Source: an uncultured candidate division Zixibacteria bacterium (GTDB lineage Bacteria > Zixibacteria > MSB-5A5 > GN15 > FEB-12). From it: a stretch of DNA of 64,000 bases. Position numbers and translations under genes: made by a program. How positions within the stretch are numbered: the first letter of the stretch is position 1; the number at the start of each line of letters is the position of its first letter. This document shows, one piece after another, positions 50,251 through 59,517 of this stretch. Under the pieces are notes generated by a model. That model saw only the letters and a list, made by a program, of their open reading frames with translations. It ran no database searches and was not told where the DNA came from. Where the stretch lies: contig CAWDXE010000007.1 in assembly GCA_963806185.1 (NCBI GenBank), forward strand, positions 512,001 through 576,000. The letters are read 5' to 3'.

Positions 50251-51266
50251 TAACGAGTCAGAAGAAGCGGCTGTACGTAGCGTTTGGCATACTGGTATCG
50301 GTGGTGCTGATCTGGGTGTTGTTCCGCAACATTGATGTCGTGGAACTGGTACGCGTCCTCAAGGGAGCGAATTATTGGTGGCTCTTGCCCAATATAGCGA
50401 TGGCCATGTTTGCCATGTACCAGCGAGCGTATCGCTGGCAGGCGATGATGGCGCCCATCAAGAAAGTCGCGTACAAGAACCTCCTGGCGGCAACCTGTGT
50501 CGGTTTTATGGCGAACAATGTGCTGCCGCTGAGGTTGGGCGAATTTGTTCGCGCCTACTCGCTCGCTTATCAGGACAAGGGGGTGACCAAGTCGGCCTCG
50601 CTGGCGACGATATTTGTTGAGCGGATGGTGCTGGACTTGGTGGCCCTCCTGCTGATTTTTGGCGCTGTGCTCGGGCTGAGCCATAAGACCCTGCCCGAGT
50701 CGATCGTAGTGGGAACTTTCATTTGCATCGGCATTGCCTTGGTTGGTCTGGGGCTCATGTTAACACTGGCGCTCCGGCCGCAGCAATCGGGCAACATGCT
50801 GGCCAAGTGGCTGTTTTTCGCACCGGATACCGCCAAGGAGTCCGTTCGGAGTATCATCCTGAAATTTTCCAGAGGGCTGGAGTTCATGACCAAACCAGGC
50901 CTTCTGACGTGGGTGCTGGTGCAAACAATCGTCCTCTGGATATTCATGGGGGTATCGAACTACTTCGTATTCCTCGCTTTTGGTTTCGACCTGCCCCTGT
51001 GGGCGTCCTTTGTTCTGCTGGTTGTGGTATCCATATCGATCCTGATTCCGTCGTCTCCGGGCTTTATTGGAGTGTACCATGCCGGTACGGTGCTGACCCT
51101 TCAACTCTACGCCGTGCCTGACGTCGACGCCCGGGCTTTTTCACTCGTGCTTCACGCCGCGCAGTTCATCCCTATCACCCTGATGGGATTCTACTTCCTG
51201 AGGAAAGAACACCTGTCGCTCAAGAATCTGGAAGACAGCGCGGTCGAAGGCATCGGGTCGAACTGA
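50247..51266 (+). CDS. UPF0104 / lysylphosphatidylglycerol-synthase TM (flippase-like) protein
   Basis: RAYRW, ANNVLPLRLGEFVRAY, ERMVLD and PSSPGFIGVYH. Confidence 0.88.
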   Translation: MITSQKKRLYVAFGILVSVVLIWVLFRNIDVVELVRVLKGANYWWLLPNIAMAMFAMYQRAYRWQAMMAPIKKVAYKNLLAATCVGFMANNVLPLRLGEFVRAYSLAYQDKGVTKSASLATIFVERMVLDLVALLLIFGAVLGLSHKTLPESIVVGTFICIGIALVGLGLMLTLALRPQQSGNMLAKWLFFAPDTAKESVRSIILKFSRGLEFMTKPGLLTWVLVQTIVLWIFMGVSNYFVFLAFGFDLPLWASFVLLVVVSISILIPSSPGFIGVYHAGTVLTLQLYAVPDVDARAFSLVLHAAQFIPITLMGFYFLRKEHLSLKNLEDSAVEGIGSN

Positions 51267-51326
51267 CATTCTCATCCCAAAAAGTTCAAACTTGACTGCC
51301 GTGAGCCGCAAGTCTACCGTAATGGC

Positions 51327-51860
51327 ATGATGCGTGTATTGGGAGCAGTCTGTCTGGCCCTGGTAGTAATCGGGGTCATTTATCTCAGTCAATCGCGAAG
51401 CAAGGATCGCCAGACGCAGGCCTTCAGCGAGGGTCTGAAGAAGGGATCAGTCGAGGTTTCCGCGCAGAAAAAACACGCCGACTCGCTGGCCGCCCGATAT
51501 CAGGAAGAACGGCAGATGTGGCGCGACTCTGTGGCGCTCGTCCGCGCTCAATCGGATACCGTTATCGATTCGCTCACCCAACGAGTGGAGCAACAGAGCG
51601 ACCAGATCCAGAAGTACGCCGCTGAATTGAAGAAGCGGCCCAAGACAAAATCGCTGGCCAAGTCTCCAACTACTCAGACCAACCGCCACAAGGAAATCTT
51701 GTCGTACTACAAGAATCGGTACGAGACGCTGCCGAAAGATCTTTCGGAATACGAAATGCGCGTCGCGCTGACGGAGATTCGTGAGGAAACGGCCACCAAA
51801 TTTGCTATTTCCGTGGCCGACCTGGAGACCATCCGCCGCAATAACGGCCTGACCTACTAA
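51327..51860 (+). CDS. Hypothetical membrane-anchored coiled-coil protein
   Basis: N-terminal TM, coiled-coil middle section and normal codon usage. Confidence 0.65.
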   Translation: MMRVLGAVCLALVVIGVIYLSQSRSKDRQTQAFSEGLKKGSVEVSAQKKHADSLAARYQEERQMWRDSVALVRAQSDTVIDSLTQRVEQQSDQIQKYAAELKKRPKTKSLAKSPTTQTNRHKEILSYYKNRYETLPKDLSEYEMRVALTEIREETATKFAISVADLETIRRNNGLTY

Positions 51861-51877
51861 GCACACGGACGCGTTGC

Positions 51878-52198
51878 ATGAAGCGACGTAAAGAGGAATT
51901 TGAATTTGCGGAGATTCCGGTCGACCGTCTGTTTCTGGAATCATTCGCCAATGAGCACTCCGCATACCATCAAGCCGGTCTTGCCGCGTCGGCCACGGAT
52001 CGTGTCGATCAAATTCGCCGCAAACTAATCTGGCACATTGCCCACTCTCTCTCCGATCGTCAGAAGCAGGTGATTCGATTTTACCTGATCGGGAAAAAGG
52101 AGAGGGAAATTGCCGAGATTTTAGGGGTGAGGCAGCAAGTGGTTCATACGTATAAGCATAGAGCAATCAAAAGGTTGCACGAATTGCTCACGAAGTAG
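51878..52198 (+). CDS. Small sigma70 region-4 (HTH)-only protein
   Basis: LSDRQKQVIRFYLIGKKEREIAEILGVRQQVVHTYKHRAIKRL; no sigma region 2 fits in 106 aa. Confidence 0.8.
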   Translation: MKRRKEEFEFAEIPVDRLFLESFANEHSAYHQAGLAASATDRVDQIRRKLIWHIAHSLSDRQKQVIRFYLIGKKEREIAEILGVRQQVVHTYKHRAIKRLHELLTK

Positions 52199-52228
52199 GT
52201 GTATGTCAAAAAGCTAATATATAGGAAA

Positions 52229-52425
52229 GTGATGTGCCGTTTTTGCACAGACGGCTGGATCGAGAACCTTTAAACCGTCAGGTTGAGGAGGTGAAACCAG
52301 AGATAGTCGGCATCCCAAACCCTGCTTACTTCACCGGATCAAGGAAAAGATCGAACTGCCATGAGAAGTAAGGGTAACTAACAACTCCGCCTGGTGATCA
52401 AGAATGCAAGAAATGGGAGTTCGTT
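52229..52425 (+). ncRNA. Candidate structured leader or ncRNA (unassigned family)
   Basis: Consecutive stems 52236-52255, 52265-52284, 52325-52372 and 52379-52426, with three GATCRAGRA motifs. Confidence 0.4.
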
Positions 52426-52599
52426 ATGCCCAAGAGAAAAGAAGCAGAGAAGTTCGCCGATCCAGGTCCAAAAGACTGTTACCAGTTGTATAGTCTTCAA
52501 GTTTTGGCGCCCAACAAATTTGCTGCCGTGGTGGCCAAGGTTCTTGACGGACGGTACATGTTGGTGAATACGAGACCGGGAGAGCGGCTGTCGGCTTGA
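52426..52599 (+). CDS. 57-aa hypothetical small protein (below the ORF-track cutoff)
   Basis: GGGAG RBS; MPKRKEAEKFADPGPKDCYQLYSLQVLAPNKFAAVVAKVLDGRYMLVNTRPGERLSA. Confidence 0.5.
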   Translation: MPKRKEAEKFADPGPKDCYQLYSLQVLAPNKFAAVVAKVLDGRYMLVNTRPGERLSA

Positions 52600-52667
52600 G
52601 TCAGGATGAGTCCGGGGCTTGACAAGGGCGCGAGAGCAAGTTCGAGGTGAATCTCCTCGCAAAGTGT

Positions 52668-52700
52668 GGGTCTGTCGTTGGCGACAGGCCCTTTCTTATT
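52668..52700 (+). terminator. Intrinsic terminator
   Basis: GGGTCTGTCG-ttgg-CGACAGGCCC followed by TTTCTTATT. Confidence 0.75.
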
Positions 52701-52757
52701 GTGGTTCAGAGTTTTTCGCTTGACAGTGTGCTGCCCGGCCCGCTTGTTTGACCCGCC

Positions 52758-53537
52758 ATGTATATGCAATTAATCTGGCAGTCGTCTCTTCTGTTTGCCC
52801 TGGCATTTCTGGGCGGTCTGGCGACGTTAGCCCGGCCCTGGTCGGATGTCCATCTACATCGGTTTGTCTCTTTTGGTGCAGGGATTTTTCTGGGTGCTGT
52901 CTTCATCCATCTCTTGCCGGAGACCATGGCTGGGGACGGAGCCACCGGGGTGGGGATTATGGTACTGACCGGGTATCTCGGGATATTCTTTATCGAGCGA
53001 TTTCTGGTCAGCCGGAAGGGGAACGAGGGGTATGATCACAACCACCTGGTCGTTTCGCTGGCGGCGTTCATCGGCATGTCGGTGCACGAGTTGTTTGACG
53101 GCCTGGCTTTGGCTGTGACGAATACCGATTCAGAGAAGGGGTGGGTGACTTTTGTTGCGATTCTGGCCCACAAGCTTCCCTCGGCCGTAGCGCTGGCTTC
53201 GCTGTTTATTCTCGCCAAGATGCGCCCGCGGCGGATTGTGGGATTTCTGCTGGTGTTTGCCCTGATGACTCCTCTTGGAGCGCTGTTGATGGCGCCTTTT
53301 TTCAGTCAGAGTAACGGTGCGTTGACGGCTCTTTTGACCGGTTTGGTGACCGGATCCTTCTTGTATGTAGCAACGGGAGACCTGCTTCCGGAAGTTTTTC
53401 ATACCCGCGACGACCGGTGGGTGAAGCTGGCGCTGCTCATTCTGGGCATCCTATTGATGGCTTTGTTTGGATTCGCCATTACCGAGCCCGGGCACGAGCA
53501 TACATCCCGCGAACTGATTGGCCTTCAGTGCGTATAA
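52758..53537 (+). CDS. ZIP-family metal transporter
   Basis: FIHLLPE, VHELFDGLAL, AHKLP and YVATGDLLPE. Confidence 0.9.
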   Translation: MYMQLIWQSSLLFALAFLGGLATLARPWSDVHLHRFVSFGAGIFLGAVFIHLLPETMAGDGATGVGIMVLTGYLGIFFIERFLVSRKGNEGYDHNHLVVSLAAFIGMSVHELFDGLALAVTNTDSEKGWVTFVAILAHKLPSAVALASLFILAKMRPRRIVGFLLVFALMTPLGALLMAPFFSQSNGALTALLTGLVTGSFLYVATGDLLPEVFHTRDDRWVKLALLILGILLMALFGFAITEPGHEHTSRELIGLQCV

Positions 53538-53568
53538 GACTCAAACCTTTACGTGAGAGCGAACACCG

Positions 53569-54084
53569 ATGATTCGACAGGCACTCGTTCTGCTGATTGT
53601 CTCCACCGTTTTCGGCCTGGGGGTGAATCTCGTTTCTCCCAACAAGATCGATTATATCGGGCAGTACCGATCCCTGCATACGGGAGAAGGTCCAGTCGTG
53701 CCGCCGGCGGCGATGGAAGGAGACCCGCCGTTCATAGACATAAATCTGGCGCAACTTGAATTTGCCACCAAGTCGTCGCTTTTCGTGGACGCGCGCGATC
53801 TTTCGGAATGGGAATGCGGGACTATCCCGGGGGCGGTTGACGTTCCGTTCGAGGGACTTCCGGAAGGCGAATTGGGGCCGTATCTCGATTCCGCCTTGAC
53901 GTATGCCCCCAAAGACAAGGCGATAATCATATTCTGCTCCGGAGAGGAGTGTGACCTTTCGCTGATGTTGGGGCGCCTGCTTCAAAAAGAAGGGTACACG
54001 AACCTCTCGATTTTCTTCGGGGGGGCGCGCGAGTGGGAGAAGGCTGGCTTTGAAATGGAACGGAGGCAGAAATGCGGCGGCTGA
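53569..54084 (+). CDS. Membrane-anchored rhodanese-like protein
   Basis: FVDARD..GTIPGAVDVP, IIFCSGEECDLS and GGAREWEKAG. Confidence 0.85.
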   Translation: MIRQALVLLIVSTVFGLGVNLVSPNKIDYIGQYRSLHTGEGPVVPPAAMEGDPPFIDINLAQLEFATKSSLFVDARDLSEWECGTIPGAVDVPFEGLPEGELGPYLDSALTYAPKDKAIIIFCSGEECDLSLMLGRLLQKEGYTNLSIFFGGAREWEKAGFEMERRQKCGG

Positions 54085-54518
54085 TAGACAACGATTATGT
54101 GACGATGGCCTCACGTCTCATACTGGGGATCATGTTCATATACGCCTCGTTTTACAAGATCATTGAGCCGGCGTCGTTCGCCAAATCGATCTGGTTCTAT
54201 CAAATGGTGCCGGGGAGTCTGATCAATCTGATGGCCCTGATCCTGCCCTGGCTGGAGCTGCTGGCCGGGTTGGCGCTGATTTTCGGAGTGACGTATCGTG
54301 GCGCCGTTCTCTGGATGAATGTCATGCTGGTCATCTTTATAGTCGCCTTGGCGAGCACGATCGCCCGGGGTCTGAGTGTCGATTGCGGCTGTTTTAAGCA
54401 AGCCAGATCGGCAACCGGGCCGGCTTGGGAGGCGCTGATCCGTGATCTCGGTATGATAATTCTCGGGGCGCAACTCTGGTTCAGCCGATCGCGACGATGG
54501 ATGATCGGCCGCAACTGA
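54072..54518 (+). CDS. MauE/DoxX-family membrane protein
   Basis: RLILG..FIYASFYKI, LPWLEL, RGLSVDCGCF and LIRD. Confidence 0.88.
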   Translation: MRRLIDNDYVTMASRLILGIMFIYASFYKIIEPASFAKSIWFYQMVPGSLINLMALILPWLELLAGLALIFGVTYRGAVLWMNVMLVIFIVALASTIARGLSVDCGCFKQARSATGPAWEALIRDLGMIILGAQLWFSRSRRWMIGRN

Positions 54519-55826
54519 TCATTTCAGAATATGCGGCGTAATCAGGATGATGAGATCGGTCGTCGTCTTTTCTTTGGACTTATTGGTGAACAGCAGCGAA
54601 CCGAGTATCGGAATATGGCCGAGCAGCGGTACGCGTTGGATGCGCTCGATCTGATTTTCCTTCAATAATCCGCCCAGAGCTATTGACTCACCATCTTTCA
54701 CCGTAATTCTCGTTTTCAGCGACCGTTCCGTCGTGATCGGGCGTTGATTGTCGATCGGTCCGGTATAGCCGATGATGTCCTCGATGTGCGGGGCGACTTC
54801 GAGAGTGAGCGTGCCTTCTTCATTGATGCGCGGCGTCACCTTAAGCGAGATGCCTACCTCTTCGTCCTGGAACGAGACGATGTCCTGAATGACCGCTCCT
54901 TCGCTGAAGCGATTGAGCGTCTGGATCGGTATGACCGTGGCGATTTTGATTTCGGCTTCCTGGTTTTCGGTAGTGGTGATTTTCGGGTCGGAAATCAGTT
55001 TGCTGTTGCCGTCACGACTCAGCAGATTCAGCACGAGGTTCATTTGCTGGATTGAGAGTTTGCCCCAGGTCCAGCGTTTTTGCTCGAGGTCAAAAGCGCC
55101 GAGATCATTCTGTGAAGTCGTGGTGGTGGACGTTTCGGTGGAGGTCGTACCCGCTACGTCGCCGCCGCGAGTGGTGACGGTACTGGGCCAGAGGAACCCC
55201 AGGTCGCGATCTGAATCGAGCTGGGTTTCAATGATCTTGGCTTCAATCAGGATCACTCGTTCGGCCACGTCAAGTTGAGAGATGACTTTCAAGGCTTGTT
55301 CGATGACCGCCGGGTAGTCGGTAATGATGAGGCGGTTGGCCTGATAGGTGCTTTTCGCCGCTTGCGCGTCGGCGCCTTCGGCGACCTTGTCCAAGACAAC
55401 CACTTTGCCGCCGGCCGACAGGCACGACGTCAACGCTTTAGCGACCATGGTAGGGTCGGCGTAACGGAGCGTGATAACACGCGACGACAATTCGGCGCCC
55501 ATGCCCTCAGCGGCGCTCTTGATGATGATCACGTCACCTTTCAAATAGTAGGTCATGCCGTTGGCCGACAAAATTGCGTCAAGGGCAGTGGCCAGGTCGA
55601 CACTGTCGAGGCGAAGGGTGACCTGCTCTTTCAGGTCCGGTGAGAAGACCATGTTCAAGCTATGTTGCTGAGCGATTGAACTCAGTACCGAGGTCAGCGG
55701 TACCCCTTTGAGATCGAGGGAAAGAGTCTTGCCGTCGTCCAGCGGTCCCGCGGCTGCGGTGTCAAATTGCATTGCTGAAAAGAAGAGTATCAGCAGAGGC
55801 GCGAGTAGGATTATGGTGCGTTTCAT
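54519..55826 (-). CDS. Secretin (PilQ/GspD family)
   Basis: STN/N0-like N-terminus, ILIEAKIIE, GISLKVTPRI and GGLL..RVPLLGHIPILGSLF..LIILITPHI. Confidence 0.92.
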   Translation of the reverse strand: MKRTIILLAPLLILFFSAMQFDTAAAGPLDDGKTLSLDLKGVPLTSVLSSIAQQHSLNMVFSPDLKEQVTLRLDSVDLATALDAILSANGMTYYLKGDVIIIKSAAEGMGAELSSRVITLRYADPTMVAKALTSCLSAGGKVVVLDKVAEGADAQAAKSTYQANRLIITDYPAVIEQALKVISQLDVAERVILIEAKIIETQLDSDRDLGFLWPSTVTTRGGDVAGTTSTETSTTTTSQNDLGAFDLEQKRWTWGKLSIQQMNLVLNLLSRDGNSKLISDPKITTTENQEAEIKIATVIPIQTLNRFSEGAVIQDIVSFQDEEVGISLKVTPRINEEGTLTLEVAPHIEDIIGYTGPIDNQRPITTERSLKTRITVKDGESIALGGLLKENQIERIQRVPLLGHIPILGSLLFTNKSKEKTTTDLIILITPHILK

Positions 55827-55838
55827 TATGCGTGCCCT

Positions 55839-56312
55839 TTAGCGCGGGGTGACAGTCAATTGTTTACCGGCCGCTTCCAGCGTCACCGACGACTTGGTTA
55901 TCGCTATGACCCTGGCATTGTCAATGGTTTGGCCAACTGTGACCGCTTTGCCGTTTATGTATGCAATCGGATTGGTATCGTTGTAGAGTATGCCGCTGAC
56001 GATCCAGCCGGCTGACTTTGGGGCGGTTGGCGCGTCTCCAGCTTTGAGCCGGCGCTCGGTGCGCTGTGGTAGAGGACGTGAGCCGTAGCGAAAGGGATCG
56101 CGGCCCCATGGAGCGGCCAGGCGGGCAGGTCGATTATGGACGGTCGCATTGACTGCCGGCGATGGAATCGCAGCCGCAAGTGAGGCGACGGCCGCCGGCT
56201 GGTTGTTCACGGTCGGAGCGGCCGGCTCATTTGTCTGCCAATTGTACAGGGCATAGAGCAAGGCCAGGGGTAGAGTCAGGAATACCAGCTTCTTTCGGAG
56301 GGAAGCACTCAT
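55839..56312 (-). CDS. PilP/GspB/MshK-like accessory protein
   Basis: TM, WGRDPF and VSGILY..IAYINGKAVTVGQTID; ATGA-coupled within the operon. Confidence 0.7.
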   Translation of the reverse strand: MSASLRKKLVFLTLPLALLYALYNWQTNEPAAPTVNNQPAAVASLAAAIPSPAVNATVHNRPARLAAPWGRDPFRYGSRPLPQRTERRLKAGDAPTAPKSAGWIVSGILYNDTNPIAYINGKAVTVGQTIDNARVIAITKSSVTLEAAGKQLTVTPR

Positions 56313-56869
56313 GACGATCCCTCCGACTCGCCCAGTAAGGCGCGGAAGCCGAAGGTGCATTGTAGACGATCGGGTTCGGCGTTTTCGTCGAGAATCTGAC
56401 AGGCGGTGGCTCCGCGGAAATAGGGAGCGGTTTCCAGGTTGAGCACGAAGCGCGAGAAGCTGTAGTAGTCGCCCCGCAGTTTCATCGTGATGTTCAGGAA
56501 TGCCGGATCACCCTGATTCTGCACTGATCGATTGAGTGTCAGCAGTTCCTCAATGGGCGGCGTGATGGCAGTGACGGAGAGGCCCTGCAAGCGTGCGTCG
56601 GCCTCAAGTTTGTCAAACAGCTTCGAGTAAGTCGCCTTTGCGTACAGACTGGAGCGTTGGTGCCGCTTTTGTTATCCAAATCCCCTTGGCCATCATGAGA
56701 GTCGGGAGCTGCGCGATCGTGGAATTATAGTCGGCGATTTCGGCCTTGGCCGCGGCAGTTTGCGCCGAAGTATCGGCCATCTGTCGGGTGAGTGGCATCC
56801 AGGCGAAGAAGAGCCAGGCGAGAGTCAGGCCGACGGCGCCGATTATGATGGTGGTAGTTTGTGTTTCAT
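56309..56869 (-). CDS. PilO-like protein (frameshifted)
   Basis: The pieces MKHKL.., TIIIGAVGLTLAWLFFAWMP, ..QGLSVTAITP and ITMKLRGDYYSFSRFVLNLE lie in different frames. Confidence 0.65.
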
Positions 56870-58515
56870 AGCCCGGCCTTCATTTCCAGTTCAAAGTCGA
56901 GCAGCATCACGCCGTCCACGTTGCGCGGCGCATAGTGGATGATGTGTGACGTCGTCGAAAAAGTCAGATCCGCCAAGATTCTCGACAAACTCAGCCAGAA
57001 CGACTTCCGGGGGCACGCCGTCAGCCAGCACGGAGCCGTAGATAGAGAAATTACGGCCATGGTCGGCGACTGCTGTCCTATCTGGACGAAAGCGAACGGC
57101 CGGAGGCGTGATCGTGGTGAGTTCTTTGAGTACCACCCGAGATAGCTGGGCTGGGCTTTGGCCTGTTCGAGGTAATTCTGGCTGGCGGCGATCTGCAGTT
57201 TTATCGTTGATAACTGCTGTACAGATCAGACGCCTTGAAGTCGGCCAGCCTGCGTGATGAAGCTCGGCTAGTTGCTTGTGTTCGTTCGCGAGCAGGATAG
57301 ATCGCTGGGCCCAGAAGAGCGCCATGACGGCCAGGCAGGCGGCGATGCCGGCTGATGATACGCCTTTCCAGTCGAATGACGCCGCAGAGAGTACCTTTGT
57401 CTGCGGTCGGGCAGGAGGTCCGGCATTACGGCGGTGTTGACCGCGGCGGCGACGACGGGACAAGCAGACGCCGAGCGGCGTTTCGGTCTCGACGGGGTGG
57501 TTTTTGAGGAATTTCAGCTGCTCGACGGGAAAACGCTCTGAATTCCAGTTCAAAGCGGTTGTCGAGAAGCTCGATGAGGTCGTCAGAGTAGGCCAGATCG
57601 CCATAGATGTAGAGCTGGCTGCCGAACCGGCTGGCAAATTGCCCGGAATAATAGTCGAGCGAGTTCTGAATCTCGGAGGCCAGTGATTCAGCAAAGTACT
57701 CGAACATGGTTGGATCGGTTCGGTTGGCCAGGAAGGATGAACCGACCGACAATATGTGGGAAAACTCGAGGTTTGATCCCTTGAAGTACGATATCTTCGG
57801 AGCGCGTGCGTTCGATGTTTATGAGGGCATAATTTGCCTGTGCCGAGAAATCAGGCAGTTGCCGCATTAATTGCCCAATGACATCCTGTGCCAGGACGCA
57901 CGCCTGGACAGGCAGGCCCAACGTCCTAAAGGGCTGCAACCGGTCGTCGATGAGCTGCCGAGTTGCACCGACCAATGAGATGCGGAATTTCTTCGACTCG
58001 GCAGCAGCGTATTTCCATGTGACGCGATGGTCAAACCAGCAGTCGGTGATCGGAAAGGGAAGAGTCTTGCGCGCTTGGAAATTGACGGAGGCGGCCAAGG
58101 CTTTCCGGCCGAGGGCCGGGAGAGTCAGTTGGCGAAAAGCGGTCTCAGGACCGCCAATGGCAATCGTGATCATCGATGGACGGCCAAGTTCCTGAACAAT
58201 CTCGTCCACGGTCCGGGTGATAAAGGCTTGGCGCAATTCCGAAGTGGCTATCGCCGCGGACGGAAAGTAGATCTTGCGCACGTCAATGATTTTGCTTCGC
58301 TTTCCGAAACGGGAGGCCATAGCCACCTGAATGGCCTGTTCGTCGACGGCGACAGCCATCTGGCAGCCGAAAAGAAGAAGATGTCGCGGGTTCACCGGAA
58401 CCTCAGGCGTGCCGCCATTCGGTTCGGCTGGGCCGTTCAAATCCCCATGGGGAACGGAGGCCGCATCTTCGGTCGGCCGTATCCGCGAGAGAAGGTGTTT
58501 AATAGCCGTTGTCAA
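56866..58515 (-). CDS. PilM(-PilN)-like fusion protein (multiple frameshifts)
   Basis: PilM-like FRQLTLPAL..KTLPFP, ALINI, EIQNSLDYY and LYIYGD; then a TM and PilN-like LKELTTITPPAV..IYGSV..FVENL, across shifted frames. Confidence 0.65.
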
Positions 58516-58979
58516 AACGTCACAATAATGCTGTCGCTGCCGCCGATCGAAATGATGCGGCGACTGGCGGGTTGATAGACGTAATTGACGCCCCAGGCGT
58601 CCTTCAAGTATTCCCCCCCGGAACTATCGACATACGGTCCGTTCCAGCCGAGACGAGAGAGCCGGTTGTAGGCGGACAACGAATCCGGCCGACGGGCGAG
58701 ATCCCGCAACTGAGCGGGGAGGAATCCGACGTCGCCCTCGAAGCCGCGATCGATGTACTCGCCGCCGGCGACGACGGCCGGATTGCCGATGATGGCACCC
58801 TTGAGGGAATTCAATTCCTCTCTGGTCGCCGTCACTTTTGAACTCGAAAAGAGGGTTCCGAATTTGGGCAAGGCGACGGTCGCAACTATGCCGAGAGCCA
58901 CAATTACGATAACAAGCTCGATCAGGGTGAAACCTCCCTGGTCGAGCTTGTCAGCGACTTGACGTCGACCGTGTTGCAT
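58512..58979 (-). CDS. Type IV pilin / GspG-like pseudopilin
   Basis: G|FTLIELVIVIVALGIVATVALP; W.GPY...DAWG..YVY GspG-like tail. Confidence 0.9.
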   Translation of the reverse strand: MQHGRRQVADKLDQGGFTLIELVIVIVALGIVATVALPKFGTLFSSSKVTATREELNSLKGAIIGNPAVVAGGEYIDRGFEGDVGFLPAQLRDLARRPDSLSAYNRLSRLGWNGPYVDSSGGEYLKDAWGVNYVYQPASRRIISIGGSDSIIVTF

Positions 58980-58996
58980 ATTGCTGCTGCGCCGGT

Positions 58997-59428
58997 CTAG
59001 AAGTTGTTCTCACCCGCGACGTTGGTGTTGGGCCATATTTCGCCGGTGGAAGCCAGGTAAGCCCAGCCGCCGCGCGCGCCGACAACGACGCCCTTCGTGA
59101 CGCCGGTGACGATTGAATCAGGAGCGTTGGCTTCGCTCTGATACGGATTCGGCGGAAGGGACTGCTGCATGACCGTGCCGCTGGTCCGGAGTTCCGCAAC
59201 TGTCGGCCAGGTGGCCGTGCCGGTGGTCACCGCCTTGTTGGCGTAGAAGATGGTGATGCCCGAACGGAGCGCGCCGAGCGAACCTTTGCAGGCAGCTTCT
59301 TTCGCCTCGCCGGTAATGTCCTGGTACTTGGGAATTGCGACGGCCGCGAGAATGCCGAGCACGACAATGATGATGACGAGCTCAATCAACGTAAAACCGC
59401 GCGACCCATTCAGTTTATTAGACCGCAT
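58997..59428 (-). CDS. Type IV major pilin (MshA/PilA-like)
   Basis: GGAGG RBS and RG|FTLIELVIIIVVLGILAAVAIPKY. Confidence 0.9.
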   Translation of the reverse strand: MRSNKLNGSRGFTLIELVIIIVVLGILAAVAIPKYQDITGEAKEAACKGSLGALRSGITIFYANKAVTTGTATWPTVAELRTSGTVMQQSLPPNPYQSEANAPDSIVTGVTKGVVVGARGGWAYLASTGEIWPNTNVAGENNF

Positions 59429-59483
59429 GTCGTCCTCCATAGTCCGCAAGAGGGGCTATAATTGTTTATTGTTCTCCATGAGA

Positions 59484-59511
59484 GTATCGGCCTGATCCCG
59501 TATTCTCTTTA
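59484..59511 (-). promoter_or_regulatory. Putative sigma28-type promoter of the pilin genes
   Basis: Minus strand TAAA-N16-GCCGATAC in the pilC-pilin intergenic gap. Confidence 0.55.
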
Positions 59512-59517
59512 GGGCGG

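Noticed and set aside
52199..52757. tmRNA, RNase P RNA, SRP or 6S RNA as the identity of the structured intergenic region
   Set aside because: No tRNA-like ends or CCA, no GAGGAAAGTCC/ACAGAACCCGGCTTA pair and no SRP GGAA-loop domain. The GATG..CATC closure spans only about 85 nt, too short for 6S.
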